Assembly: GCA_039588275.1 (NCBI GenBank)
Contig: JBDHAC010000014.1
Span: forward strand, 1-63,412
Origin: Gemmatimonadota bacterium
GTDB lineage: Bacteria; Gemmatimonadota; Gemmatimonadetes; Palauibacterales; Palauibacteraceae
Length of the DNA: 63,412 bases
Direction of reading: 5' to 3'
Made by a program: the position numbers and the translations under genes. Under the pieces are notes generated by a model. The model did no database searches, was not told where the DNA came from, and was given only the letters and a program-made list of their open reading frames with translations. This document shows, piece by piece, positions 21,298 to 32,300 of this stretch. Numbering within the stretch: the first letter of the stretch is position 1; the number at the start of each line of letters is the position of its first letter.

Positions 21298-24033
21298 TTG
21301 CGGGTGATCGGGGCCATTCGATCGAGGGTTCTCCGAACCGTGCTGGTGGCGCTTCCGGCGGCGATAGCCTGTGCGTCGTCGGTCGCGGCGCAGGACCGCA
21401 TGCCCGCGCTCATCCCCATCGAGGACCTGTTCGGAAACCCGGAGATCTCGACCGGGCAGATCTCGCCCAGTGGAGAGTGGCTCGCGTACCTCAAGCCCTA
21501 CAGGGAAAAGCTCAACATTCACCTTCGCCGGATCGGTTCCGAGGTCGAGTACCGCGTCACGTCGGACTCCACCCGCCCCATAACGGAGTACTCGTGGTCG
21601 GTCGATTCGCGCAGGATCCTGTACGTGCAGGACGAGGACGGGAACGAGGACTTCCACGTTCATGCCGTCGCCGTCGACGAGCTCCGCGCCTCGGGTGACG
21701 TACCGAAGGCGACCGACCTCACGCCGTACGAGGGGTCTCGTGCGGTGATCTTCGCTCTGCCCCGCGCGACGCCCGATCGGGTCCTCATCGGGCTCAATCG
21801 ACGCAGCGCGAGCACGTTCGACGCCTACTGGCTGGACCTCGAGAGCGGGGATCTGCGCCTCGTGGCGGAGAACCCCGGCCGTCACGGCGGCTACTTCGCG
21901 GACCACACCGGAAAGGTGCGGGCCGCAATCGCCATGAACCGCGAGGGGGGCACGGAGATCCTGGCTCGCGACTCGGAAAAGGAGGAGTGGCGAATCGCTG
22001 CCGTCTATCCGGTGGACGAGCTGGTGATGCCGCTGCGCTTCCACCCGGACAACCGGCGGTTCTACCTGACGAGCACTCGCGGCGAGGCGGATCTCAGCCG
22101 GCTCGTGTTGCTCGACCTCGAGACCGGCGACGAGAAAGTCGTCGAGAGTGATCCCGAGGATCGTGTCGATTTCGGAGAGGCGATCTTCTCGGAGATCACG
22201 GGTGATTTGATCGCCACTTCATACCAGGACGACACCGTTAGGGTTTATGGCAGAACGGCTCGGGCGCGACGGGACGTCGAGGCGTTGCGGAGCCTTCACG
22301 GTGGCGTGGCGACGTGGTCCTCCATGACCCTCGACGAGCGGAGGGCCGTTGTATCGTACGACGACCCCACCGATCCACGGGCTACCTATCTGTACGATCG
22401 CGAAACGGGGGCCGGTGAGTTTCTCTTTCGACCCCGGCCGTGGCTCGAGCCGGCCGAGCTGGCATACATGCGGCCGATTTCCTTCAGGGCGCGCGACGGG
22501 CTCACGATCCACGGTTATCTGACCACTCCGCGGGACGTCTCGCCCCTCAATCTGCCGCTGGTCCTGCTGGTGCATGGTGGGCCCTGGATGCGTGACAACT
22601 GGGGATGGAACCCGGAGGTCCAGCTCCTCGCCAACCGGGGGTACGCGGTTCTACAGGTCAACTATCGTGGGTCGCTGGGCTACGGGAAGGGCTTCCTGAA
22701 CGCGGCCGTGAGGGAATGGGCCGGGGCGATGCACGATGACCTCGTCGACGGAGTCAGGTGGGCGGTAGAACAGGGTATCGCGGATCCGGATCGAGTCGGA
22801 ATCTTCGGTACGTCGTATGGCGGCTACGCCGCGCTGGTGGGGCTGACGTTCACGCCACACGTCTTCTCATGCGGCGTGGCCGATGCAGCGCCGTCGTCGC
22901 TCCTGACTCTGCTCGAGTCGTTCCCACCGTACTGGCGGCCGTTCCTCGAAGGGACGTTCTATCGCCACGTCGGAGACCCCGCGAAGCAGGAGGACCGCGA
23001 GGATCTGAAGAGGCGCTCCCCCCTCTTCTATGTGGACCAGATCGAGGACCCCCTCCTGATCATCCATGGCGCGAACGATCCTCGGGTCAAGAAACGCGAG
23101 GCGGATCAGCTCGCGACCGCCTTGCGCGACAGAGCCGTGAAGGTCCAGTACCTGCTCGCGGACGACGAGGGCCACGGTTTCGCCAAGGTCGAGAACCGCC
23201 TGGCCGCGTACCGCGCGATCGAACGGTTCTTCGGCGAGTGCTTGGGTGGGCGAGTCGAACCACACATCGATGCGCGGTCGGAGCAGCGTTTGGTCGAGCT
23301 CGAGGTCGACGTGGATACGCTGACGATCGTCGATGTCTCAATCCAGACCAAAGCGAGTGACCGCCATGCTCTTTCCGTCGGCGATCCCCTGATCGAGCCT
23401 ACGCGGATCCGGGAGGAGAGCTTCAGCGCCAGGCTCGTACTCGTGCAGGGCGACCGGAAACGCGAAGTCGGGACGGTACGCGAGTCCGTGGCCTTCACGC
23501 GCGTGGCGGGTCGTGCGGCGATCCGCCGGGTACAGGAGATCGAGTCGCCAATGGTCGGCACGAGCAGCGATACGCTCCTGGTTGATCGGACGACGCTGGA
23601 GCCGATATCCGTCCGCTCGCACAACCAGTTCCGCGCGGTCTCGCTGGAGTTCGCCGGCCCTCACGTCACTGGCTGGCACGAGCCCAGGGGCGCCCAGCCC
23701 GAGCCCGTCGACCTGACCCTGGAGACCGTACCGTTCCCCTGGCAGCTGTCCGGCCTCGTGGTGCGGACTCTCCCGCTCGAGGAGGGCTTGGCGGTCTCCA
23801 TGCCCACGTACGTCTACGACGATGGTCGCATGAAGGAAGCGATCGCGGTGGTCCGGGGTCTGGAGGATCTGGAGCTCGCCGATGGGCGACGGGTGTCTGC
23901 CTGGGCCATCGACGTCGGGCTGGCCGACCAGAAGCTCACCTGGTGGCTTGCCGAGGGGAATCGGGAACCGATCCTGACCGAGGTGAAGCCAGTCCCGGGA
24001 GTGACCCTCCGCCTCGAATTCACGCAGGAATAG
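21298..24033 (+). CDS. S9 family peptidase (acylaminoacyl/dipeptidyl aminopeptidase) with extra C-terminal beta-rich domain
   Basis: Signal peptide. VHGGPW, LANRGYAVLQVNYRGS, GTSYGG (Ser), GANDPRV (Asp), DEGHGF (His). About 230 aa C-terminal extension. Confidence 0.9.
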   Translation: MRVIGAIRSRVLRTVLVALPAAIACASSVAAQDRMPALIPIEDLFGNPEISTGQISPSGEWLAYLKPYREKLNIHLRRIGSEVEYRVTSDSTRPITEYSWSVDSRRILYVQDEDGNEDFHVHAVAVDELRASGDVPKATDLTPYEGSRAVIFALPRATPDRVLIGLNRRSASTFDAYWLDLESGDLRLVAENPGRHGGYFADHTGKVRAAIAMNREGGTEILARDSEKEEWRIAAVYPVDELVMPLRFHPDNRRFYLTSTRGEADLSRLVLLDLETGDEKVVESDPEDRVDFGEAIFSEITGDLIATSYQDDTVRVYGRTARARRDVEALRSLHGGVATWSSMTLDERRAVVSYDDPTDPRATYLYDRETGAGEFLFRPRPWLEPAELAYMRPISFRARDGLTIHGYLTTPRDVSPLNLPLVLLVHGGPWMRDNWGWNPEVQLLANRGYAVLQVNYRGSLGYGKGFLNAAVREWAGAMHDDLVDGVRWAVEQGIADPDRVGIFGTSYGGYAALVGLTFTPHVFSCGVADAAPSSLLTLLESFPPYWRPFLEGTFYRHVGDPAKQEDREDLKRRSPLFYVDQIEDPLLIIHGANDPRVKKREADQLATALRDRAVKVQYLLADDEGHGFAKVENRLAAYRAIERFFGECLGGRVEPHIDARSEQRLVELEVDVDTLTIVDVSIQTKASDRHALSVGDPLIEPTRIREESFSARLVLVQGDRKREVGTVRESVAFTRVAGRAAIRRVQEIESPMVGTSSDTLLVDRTTLEPISVRSHNQFRAVSLEFAGPHVTGWHEPRGAQPEPVDLTLETVPFPWQLSGLVVRTLPLEEGLAVSMPTYVYDDGRMKEAIAVVRGLEDLELADGRRVSAWAIDVGLADQKLTWWLAEGNREPILTEVKPVPGVTLRLEFTQE

Positions 24034-24162
24034 GATCGCGGCACCAGCGTCCGCAGGTGGCGGCCCGACCGCTGACCGTGCCGGACTGCGTCGTTCGCGC
24101 GCCGAGGATCGGGCGGGGTCGCTAGTCCGGCGGTGTGGGCTCCGTGGTCGCACATCGCGCGC

Positions 24163-24549
24163 TCAACCCTCAAAGCAGTTCTCATCGAACCCGCATAAAG
24201 CGGCAAGGACGACGAATCCGGTCACGACGGTGACCCCAAGGACGGTGGGGACCGTCCACAGCACATCGAACTGCCGGGTTTCGAGTCTCTCGATCTCGCA
24301 GATAGAGCTCGCCTGCCTGCCCCCCGTTATGGGCAGTGAACCGATGATGCTGTCGCCCTCGACCCTCGGCGAGTAAAGAACCACTCTCTCGCTGGGCGTG
24401 GTCACTCGCACGCGGTCCGGCCCCTCGCTCACCGCCTGGCTCGGTGAGAGCGGTGAGTAGCTCCATTTGTGGCAGGCCGACAGCCACGCCATGAGCGTCA
24501 GCGGGATCACTATGTAGCGCAGGAAAGAGGATCGTCGGAGGGCTCTCAT
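24163..24549 (-). CDS. Hypothetical lipoprotein with C-terminal TM helix
   Basis: MRALRR + hydrophobic stretch + LSAC lipobox; hydrophobic C-terminus. Confidence 0.6.
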   Translation of the reverse strand: MRALRRSSFLRYIVIPLTLMAWLSACHKWSYSPLSPSQAVSEGPDRVRVTTPSERVVLYSPRVEGDSIIGSLPITGGRQASSICEIERLETRQFDVLWTVPTVLGVTVVTGFVVLAALCGFDENCFEG

Positions 24550-24660
24550 CGGAATATCCCGTCCTACCGATGAAGATCACATACGCCCAGCCATGCGCCG
24601 ACTTGTGTCTGCCTGGCGTTGGACCCCAGAGGGAACAGCGTCGGGGCACGGCAGACGCGG

Positions 24661-24776
24661 AGTCGTGGCGTACATCGGCTCTACACGTCGCGGCTCGTGT
24701 GTGCACCATACCCACATTGACTGGCAGTCAGCCGCTCGCAAGTCGGAAGGTGGTCTACACGGGGTGTGGGGAAAGC
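24661..24776 (-). repeat. Copy A of a conserved 116-nt non-coding element
   Basis: Reverse complement aligns without gaps to 32607-32722 (75/116 identities by hand). Confidence 0.7.
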
Positions 24777-24846
24777 CGTCAGCGAGCCGTATTGGAGCCT
24801 GTGTGCCCGGTTGGCTTGCCCCACCTCGACGAAATCATCGGCCCGT

Positions 24847-24884
24847 CTTGCACTTTTATGCATGTCTTTGTATGTATATTCGTT
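24847..24884 (+). promoter_or_regulatory. Tandem ARG boxes upstream of argGHR
   Basis: Cores TGCACTTTTATGCA (24849-24862) and TGTATGTATATTCG (24869-24882) form an AT-rich island before argG; argR is in the same operon. Confidence 0.75.
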
Positions 24885-24950
24885 CCGGCGGGCGGAAAGT
24901 CCCGCAGCTCAGGAGAAACGCTGAATTCGAGAGGCTGAACGGAAGGCCGC

Positions 24951-26342
24951 ATGAATAGACCCGGCGCGAAGAGCGAGGTTCGGCGAGTGGCCCTGGCGTA
25001 CTCCGGGGGACTCGACACCTCCGTGATGATTCCGTGGCTCACGGAGAACTACGGCTGCGAGGTCGTTGCGGTCGTCGGCGACGTGGGGCAGCTCGACGAT
25101 TTCGACGCCGTGCGCGCGAAGGCGCTGGATACCGGCGCGATCGCGTGCCGCGTGGTCGACCTGAAGCGGACCTTCGTCGAGGAGTGCGTGCTGCCCGCTC
25201 TGCGCGCCGGAGCGGTCTACGAGGGCCGGTATCTCCTGGGGACGGCGCTCGCGCGCCCGGTGATCGCCAGGGCCCAGGTCGAGGTGGCGCGGGCGCTGGG
25301 CTGTGACGCGGTAGCGCACGGCTGCACCGGTAAGGGGAACGACCAGGTCCGGTTCGAGCTCACCTACCGGGCGCTTGCCCCCGAGCTGACGATCATCGCG
25401 CCATGGCGGGAATGGGAGATCAGCTCGCGGGAGGACGCGATCGCGTATGCGGACGCGCGGGGCATCCCGGTTCCGGTGACGAAGGAGAACCCCTACAGCA
25501 TCGACAAGAACCTGTGGCATACATCGTTCGAGGGCGGCGCCCTGGAGGATCCGTCCACCCCACCGCCGGGAGATCTGCACGATCTGACGGTCGACGTGCG
25601 CCAGGCCCCCGATGACCCGCGGGACGTCGAGATCACGTTCGAGCAGGGTGTCCCGCTTGCGCTGAACGGACAGGCGATGGACCCCGTGACGCTGATCCAG
25701 TCGCTCAACGCGCTGGCCGGGTCGCACGGGGTGGGTCGAGTGGACCTGGTCGAGAACCGGCTTGTCGGGATGAAGAGCCGCGGCATATACGAGACGCCGG
25801 CCGGTTCGGTTCTGCTCGCGGCCCTCACCGATCTCGAGTCGATCACGCTGGATCGTGATACGGCCGCGTTCAAGCGGACCATCGCGGCCCGCTACGCCGA
25901 GCTCGTGTATCAGGGGCTCTGGTTCTCTCCGCTCCGTCAGGCGTTCGACTCGTTCGTCGAGGCGGTCCACGCACCCGTGGCCGGCACCGTGACGGTGCGA
26001 CTCTTCAAAGGGTCCGCGTCCGCCGTCGCGCGCCAGTCGCCCTTTAGCCTGTACCGGGAAGATCTGGCCACGTTCAGCGATGACGCCGTGTATGACCAGG
26101 CGGACGCGGCCGGGTTCATCCGATTGTGGGGCCTCCAGACGGAGTTGGCCGCCCGCGCCACGGCGCAGACCGAGCCGGCGTCGGACTCCGAGCCCGAGGC
26201 TGACCCCGAGCCCGAGGCCGACCCCGGGCCTCCGGCCGGATCAAAGATCCAGCCTCCGGACCACCACTCAGCCACCGTGAGCACACCCGGGGAGCAGTTC
26301 GGGTCTCGCCGTTCGCGGCCCGTGCCGAAGGCGCGTGTCTGA
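24951..26342 (+). CDS. argG: Argininosuccinate synthase
   Basis: ALAYSGGLDTS, AHGCTGKGNDQVRFE, YSIDKNLWHTSFEGG, VENRLVGMKSRGIYETP; low-complexity C-terminal tail. Confidence 0.97.
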   Translation: MNRPGAKSEVRRVALAYSGGLDTSVMIPWLTENYGCEVVAVVGDVGQLDDFDAVRAKALDTGAIACRVVDLKRTFVEECVLPALRAGAVYEGRYLLGTALARPVIARAQVEVARALGCDAVAHGCTGKGNDQVRFELTYRALAPELTIIAPWREWEISSREDAIAYADARGIPVPVTKENPYSIDKNLWHTSFEGGALEDPSTPPPGDLHDLTVDVRQAPDDPRDVEITFEQGVPLALNGQAMDPVTLIQSLNALAGSHGVGRVDLVENRLVGMKSRGIYETPAGSVLLAALTDLESITLDRDTAAFKRTIAARYAELVYQGLWFSPLRQAFDSFVEAVHAPVAGTVTVRLFKGSASAVARQSPFSLYREDLATFSDDAVYDQADAAGFIRLWGLQTELAARATAQTEPASDSEPEADPEPEADPGPPAGSKIQPPDHHSATVSTPGEQFGSRRSRPVPKARV

Positions 26343-27804
26343 GGAAGGCTCGAAACCCCTGTGGAGCGGCCGCTTCGAAGAGGCGGTCGATCCCCTCATC
26401 CACGAGTTCACCGGCTCGCTAGGCTTCGACCGCCGGCTGGTCAAACAAGATCTCTTGGGCTCCATGGCGCACGCGCGCATGCTCATGGAGCGAGCGATCC
26501 TCTCCCGCGAAGATGCCACGGGCATCCTGGAAGGGCTCTCCGGAATGCTCTCCGACGTCGAGAGTGGCCGGTTGATCGTCGAGGGGGATGATGAGGACAT
26601 CCACTCCTGGATCGAGAGGGTTCTCGTAGAGCGGGTCGGCGACCCCGCCCGTCGCCTGCACACGGCCCGTAGTCGAAACGACCAGACGAGCGTCGCCCTC
26701 CGGCTCTACGTGCGGGAGGCCCTCGCCGCGAGCTTCGGAGAGCTGACGGCGTTTCAGCGGCTGCTTCTGGAGCGGGCGGCGGCACACGAGGAGAGCTGGC
26801 TCCCCGGGTACACGCACACCCAGCGCGCACAGCCCGTAAGCCTCGCCCACCATCTCCTCGCGCACTTCTGGTCGCTCGCGCAGGACGCCCGCCGGTTCCG
26901 GGCCGCGTATGACGGCGCCGGGACCTCGCCCCTCGGAGCGGGCGCGCTGGCGGGAACCTCGTTCGAGATCGACCCGGGGCGGTCGGCCGCCCTCCTGGGC
27001 TTGCCGCGAGTCTTCTCCAACAGCATGCACGCGGTCGCCGACCGGGACTACATCCTGGAGACGGCGTTCGCTTGCGCTCTCGCGATGGTGCACCTGTCGA
27101 GATGGGCGGAGGAGGTCATCCTGTGGAGCTCGCACGAGTTCCGATTCGTCGAGCTGAGCGACTCGATCTCGCAGGGCAGCAGCAGCATGCCCCAGAAGAA
27201 AAACCCGGAGGCCGCCGAGATTCTGCGCGGGAAGTCGGCGCGGACGATCGGACACGTGACCGCGCTCCTCTCGCTCGTGAAGAGCCTCCCCCTCACCTAC
27301 AACAGCGACCTCCAGGAAGACAAGGAGCCGCTCTTCGATGCGCTGGAAACGGTGGAGCGCTCTCTGGGCGCGGCCGCGGTGATCTTCGAGGGTCTTCGGT
27401 ATCGCACGGACCGCATGGAGGCGGCGCTCGAAGGAGGGATGCTGACCGCTACCGAGCTGGCGGACCATCTCGTCCGCCGAGGGGTGCCGTTTCGCACGGC
27501 GCACGAGCAGGTAGGACGCACGGTGCGGGAGGCGGAAGTCCGCCGGTTGGAGCTCTGGGAGCTGACAGCCGAGGGGATCCAGGCTCACTGTCCGGCGGCG
27601 GACGACGGCGTCGTCGAGGCGCTCACGCCGGGGCGGGCCGTCCGCGAGCACGCATCTCCCGGCGGCCCCGCGCCGGAGCGGGTACACGAGCAGCTCGAGG
27701 ACGCACACCGGGAGCTCGCAGCGCTCGAAGGGTGGCTGGGAACGATCGAGCCGCCGCCCGTTTACCAGGCGCACGTCGCCGGAACACTGCTCCGAGACCT
27801 CTGA
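26335..27804 (+). CDS. argH: Argininosuccinate lyase
   Basis: LWSGRF, LHTARSRNDQ, PGYTHTQRAQP, GSSSMPQKKNP, YNSDLQEDKE. Confidence 0.97.
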   Translation: MSEEGSKPLWSGRFEEAVDPLIHEFTGSLGFDRRLVKQDLLGSMAHARMLMERAILSREDATGILEGLSGMLSDVESGRLIVEGDDEDIHSWIERVLVERVGDPARRLHTARSRNDQTSVALRLYVREALAASFGELTAFQRLLLERAAAHEESWLPGYTHTQRAQPVSLAHHLLAHFWSLAQDARRFRAAYDGAGTSPLGAGALAGTSFEIDPGRSAALLGLPRVFSNSMHAVADRDYILETAFACALAMVHLSRWAEEVILWSSHEFRFVELSDSISQGSSSMPQKKNPEAAEILRGKSARTIGHVTALLSLVKSLPLTYNSDLQEDKEPLFDALETVERSLGAAAVIFEGLRYRTDRMEAALEGGMLTATELADHLVRRGVPFRTAHEQVGRTVREAEVRRLELWELTAEGIQAHCPAADDGVVEALTPGRAVREHASPGGPAPERVHEQLEDAHRELAALEGWLGTIEPPPVYQAHVAGTLLRDL

Positions 27805-27805
27805 C

Positions 27806-28273
27806 ATGAGCCAGCGGGAGCGCGAACGGGCGATCCTCGACATCGTGGACGATCAACCGATCTCGACACAGTCGGGTCTCGTGCGCGCGCTCGGCCGGCG
27901 CGGCTTCGAGATTACACAGGCGACCGTGTCGCGCGATGTCCGCCGGCTGGGGCTGGTGAAGGTGCGAGCCGCCGACGGATCCTCCAGGTATGCCCGCGCG
28001 GGCGCGACCCCTCCCCCCACACCGGCGGCGCGGCGAGTGCTCCAATCGACGCTGCGCGAGTTCGCCACCGACTTCGCGGTCGGTGGCGGACTGTTCGCGA
28101 TCAAGACCCACAGTGGGTGCGCGAACGCGGTGGGCAACGCCATGGACGAGGCGGAGGTCCCCGGCGTCGTGGCGACCCTGGCCGGCGACGATACCATCTT
28201 CGTGCTCACGCGAAACGCGGGTGACCGTCCGCGGGTCATCAGCGAGCTCCAGGCCCTGATGCGAGAGGCCTGA
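27806..28273 (+). CDS. argR: Arginine repressor
   Basis: ITQATVSRD wHTH and ATLAGDDTIF oligomerisation motif. Confidence 0.95.
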   Translation: MSQRERERAILDIVDDQPISTQSGLVRALGRRGFEITQATVSRDVRRLGLVKVRAADGSSRYARAGATPPPTPAARRVLQSTLREFATDFAVGGGLFAIKTHSGCANAVGNAMDEAEVPGVVATLAGDDTIFVLTRNAGDRPRVISELQALMREA

Positions 28274-28418
28274 GGGCCTCCCTCCTCACTCGCCGCCGCA
28301 CGCGGGACCTTTCCCGCGCCTCCGGGATACATGGTTCGTCGGTCGCGACTGCGGCCCTGGATACAACCAGACAACCCGAGATCTTGTTCAGATTCTCTTT
28401 TTCGAGGAGGAGACAGGG

Positions 28419-29153
28419 ATGACGAGGAGGACCTTCCTGGTCGCCGTGGCGGCCGCTCTTGGAACGCTGTACGCCGGACCCGGCGCGGCCCAATCGCTCG
28501 ACGACGTGCTCGACAAGCACTACGAGGCGATCGGGGGACTCAACGCGTGGAGGGGCATTCAATCGGTGAAGCTTTCGGGGACGATGGTGATGATGGGCGG
28601 GGCCATGGAGGCTCCGATCACGATCATGCAGAAGCGTCCCGCCATGTCCCGGGTGGAGTTCATGGTTCAGGGCATGCAGGGCGTTCAGGCTTACGATGGG
28701 GAGACCGCGTGGATCCAGATGCCCTTCATGGGCTCTCCGGATCCCGAGCCGGCCCCGGCCGACATGGTATCTCAGATGAAGGAGCAGGCCGATCTCGATG
28801 GACCGCTCGTGGGCTGGGAGGAAGAGGGCCACACGCTCGAGCTGATCGGTAAGGAAGACGTCGAGGGGACCGAGACCTACAAGGTCAAGGTCACGCATGA
28901 CTCCGGCGACATCAGCTATTACTACCTGGACTCCGAGTACTACCTGCCCATCAAGGTCACGGCCGTGCGGACCCTGCAGGGAGCCGAGAGCGAGATCACC
29001 ACGATCCTCGGTGACTACAAGGAGGTCCAGGGTCTCGTGCTGCCCTTCTCGATCGAGGTCAGCTCACCCATGGGGCCGCAGGTCATCTCGTTTGAGACGA
29101 TCGAGGTCAACGTGAGCCTCGATGACGCGATCTTCTCGATGCCGGGGAACTGA
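28419..29153 (+). CDS. Exported LolA-like fold / outer-membrane lipoprotein-sorting-like protein
   Basis: GAGGAG RBS, signal peptide. DKHYEAIGG..W, QAYDGETAW, YYLDSEYYLPIK, DYKEVQGLVLPF, IEVNVSLDDAIF. Confidence 0.7.
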   Translation: MTRRTFLVAVAAALGTLYAGPGAAQSLDDVLDKHYEAIGGLNAWRGIQSVKLSGTMVMMGGAMEAPITIMQKRPAMSRVEFMVQGMQGVQAYDGETAWIQMPFMGSPDPEPAPADMVSQMKEQADLDGPLVGWEEEGHTLELIGKEDVEGTETYKVKVTHDSGDISYYYLDSEYYLPIKVTAVRTLQGAESEITTILGDYKEVQGLVLPFSIEVSSPMGPQVISFETIEVNVSLDDAIFSMPGN

Positions 29154-29230
29154 TACGGCCGCGGTAGCAAACCGCGGATAGCCGCTCGAGGTCTGCTACG
29201 ACCGCGGCGGCGAGCTCCCTAGAGATTTCC

Positions 29231-29270
29231 GAGAGGCCCGGCCCGACGACGTTGCGGACCGGGCCTCTTT
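29231..29270 (+). terminator. Hairpin with short U-tract
   Basis: agaggcccgg...ccgggcctct-tt. Confidence 0.45.
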
Positions 29271-29343
29271 GCGGGGTACGCCCGCGGCCAGGCTCCGGCG
29301 CGGTCGGATCGCGACCGTTTGACCCGAATCACATAGGCGACAC

Positions 29344-32300
29344 ATGAGCACCCGATGCCGTCTCGTATCCGTTCCGGCCGCCGCTGTCCTGGTGGCCACG
29401 GCAGGTCTCGGTACTGCACGGCCGACGGCCGCCCAGATCCCGATCACATCCGCAGATCTCGGCGGGTTGCCCGCGCGGGCGATCGGACCCGCCGTGATGA
29501 GCGGCCGCATCGCCGCTATCGATGCCGTCCCCGGCGACCCACTCATCATCTACGTCGGGGCCGCGAGCGGCGGGGTGTGGAAGTCCACCAACGCCGGCAC
29601 GACCTTCGAGCCCGTGTTCGACGCACACACGCAGTCGATCGGGGCCATCGCCATCGACCCGTCAGATCCCGAGACGGTATGGGTCGGGACCGGGGAGACC
29701 TGGGTCCGGAACAGCGTGTCGATCGGGACGGGCCTGTACCGGACGACCGACGACGGTGAGTCGTGGCAATTCATGGGGCTCGGCGATTCGGAGCGCATAG
29801 CGCGGATCGCGATCGATCCCAACGACGGTCAAACCGTCTTCGTATGCGCCACGGGTCATCTGTGGGACGCCAACGAGGAGCGCGGTGTCTTCCGCACCCG
29901 CGACGGCGGCGAGACCTGGGACAGAGTGCTGTACGTGGACGACGACACCGGGTGCGCCGACCTAGCGATGGATCCGCACGCCCCCTCCATCCTGTACGCC
30001 GGCATGTGGGAGTACCGTCGCTGGCCGTGGTTCTTCAAGTCGGGAGGGCCGGGGAGCGGGCTGTACCGCTCCACCGACGGCGGAGAATCGTGGGAGGAGC
30101 TGACGGACGGGCTCCCCGAGGGGGAGAAGGGGCGCATCGGCGTGGCCGTGGCGCCCTCGCGCCCGAACGTGGTCTATGCGGTGGTGGAGGCCGACTCCAC
30201 CGCGCTCTACCGGTCCGATGATCTCGGCTCGACCTGGAACGAGGTGAGCTCGGGCGGGCAGGTCCGGTCGCGCCCGTTCTATTACGCGCACGTCATCGTG
30301 GACCCCACCGACCATCAGCGCGTTTACAAGATGGCGCAGTCGATGGGCATCTCCATGGATGGCGGGGAGACGTTCGGCGGCATTGGAGGCTCACCGTTCG
30401 GTGGCGGCGTGCACAGCGACCATCACGCCTTGTGGGTCAACCCGGACAACCCGAGCGAGCTGCTGCTGGGTACGGACGGTGGGCTGTACATCTCGCAGGA
30501 CCGCTCGAGGACCTGGCGGCACGTACGAACGCTCCCTTTGTCGCAGTTCTACGAGATCAGCTACGACATGGAGTGGCCGTACAACGTGTACGGCGGACTG
30601 CAGGACAACGGGACCTGGACCGGCGCCTCCCGAGCCCGGGGCGGGGTCCGCAACCGCGACTGGCGCAACATTTTTCCCGGCGACGGCTTTCACGCCTTCG
30701 TCGATCCGGGTGACTCCGAGTTCATCTACGTGGAATCGCAGGGCGGGAACCTGCAGCGGATCTCGCGCACCACGGGCGAGCAGCGCGAGATCCGCCCGTA
30801 CGCGAGCCCGTACGAGCCGGCCCTACGCTTCAACTGGAACACACCGATCCACGTGAGCCGCGCCAATCCCGGCACGCTGTACGTGGGAGCCCAATACGTA
30901 TTCCGGTCTCGAGATCGCGGAGATTCGTGGGAGAGGATGTCGCCCGACCTGACCACCGACGACCCCGAGAAGCAGCGGCAGAAGGAGTCAGGGGGCCTCA
31001 CGATCGACAACTCCACCGCCGAGAATCACACGACGATCTACACGATCAGTGAGTCCCCACTGGACCCAGCCGTGGTTTGGGCGGGGACGGACGACGGGAA
31101 CCTGCACGTCACCCGCGATGGCGGCATGACCTGGACCAACGTCGTCGGCGCGGTCGGGGTGCCGGCGAATACCTGGGTGTCGCACGTGGAAGCGAGCCCG
31201 CACGGCGCCTCGACCGCGTTCGTGACCTTCGACGGGCACCGGACCGGCGACATGGCTCCCTACGTCTTCAGAACCGATGACCACGGCGGGACCTGGACGT
31301 CGCTCGCGACGGAGTCGCTGAACGGGTACGCGCACGTGATCAAGCAGGATCCGGAGAACCCCGACCTGCTCTACCTCGGCACGGAGATGGGTCTGTTCCT
31401 GAGCCTGGATGGAGGGCAGAACTGGGCCCGTCTCACGGCGGAGAACGGAGGGCTGCCGCCCGTCGCCGTGCGCGACCTCGCGATCCATCCGCGCGATCAC
31501 GACCTCATCATCGGGACGCACGGGCGCGGGATATACATCCTCGATGACCTGACTCCGCTCAGGCACCTGACATCCGAGGCGCTGACGGCCGAGGTCACCA
31601 TGCTCCCCACGAGAGCCGCCGCCATGACGCCGGCCGGCTCCCTTCAGGAGTTCCCCGGCGATGCCGAGTTCGCCGGAGAGAACCCGCCCGAGGCCGCCGG
31701 GATCGTCTACTATCAGCCACGCCGTCACCTGTTCGGCGACCTCACGGTCGAGGTGCTCGATGGTGAGGGCCGGTCGGTCGCGTCCATGGCCGGGAGCAAG
31801 CGGCGCGGCTTCAACCGGGTGGATTGGCAGATGCGGCTGCGTCCGCCGAGGGTCCCACCGGCCACCGGCTTCGTGAACGTCTTCCGGGGACCTCGCGCGC
31901 TCGAGGGCGCGTACACCGTGCGGTTGACCAAGGGCGACAACACGTACGAGGGAGAAGTCGCGATCCTGCCTGACCCGCGCTCCCCTCACACGGCCGAGGA
32001 CCGGCGCCTCGCCCAACAAACGTCGCTTCGGTTGTACCGACTCCTGGAAGACCTCACCTACATGGTGGAGACCGCGATCGAGCTGCGTGACGCGGCCAAG
32101 GCGGCGGTGGTCGAAGTCGATGAGTCCTCCCGTCTTGGCCGGCGGCTGACGGCGTACGCCGACGAGCTCGAGACGTATCGAACGGACCTCGTTCAATCTT
32201 CGGAGAGGGGCCTCGATCGCAGCGCAGACAAGCTGCGGGAGCGGATGGGCAACCTGTTCGGGTCGGTCTCCGGTTACGACGGTCGCCCGAGCGACTCGCA

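Noticed and set aside
24593..24958. ORF 24593-24958(+) and ORF 32530-32940(-) as homologous proteins (RKS..LH..WGK)
   Set aside because: Mismatches are evenly spread over codon positions, so the similarity reflects the non-coding element.
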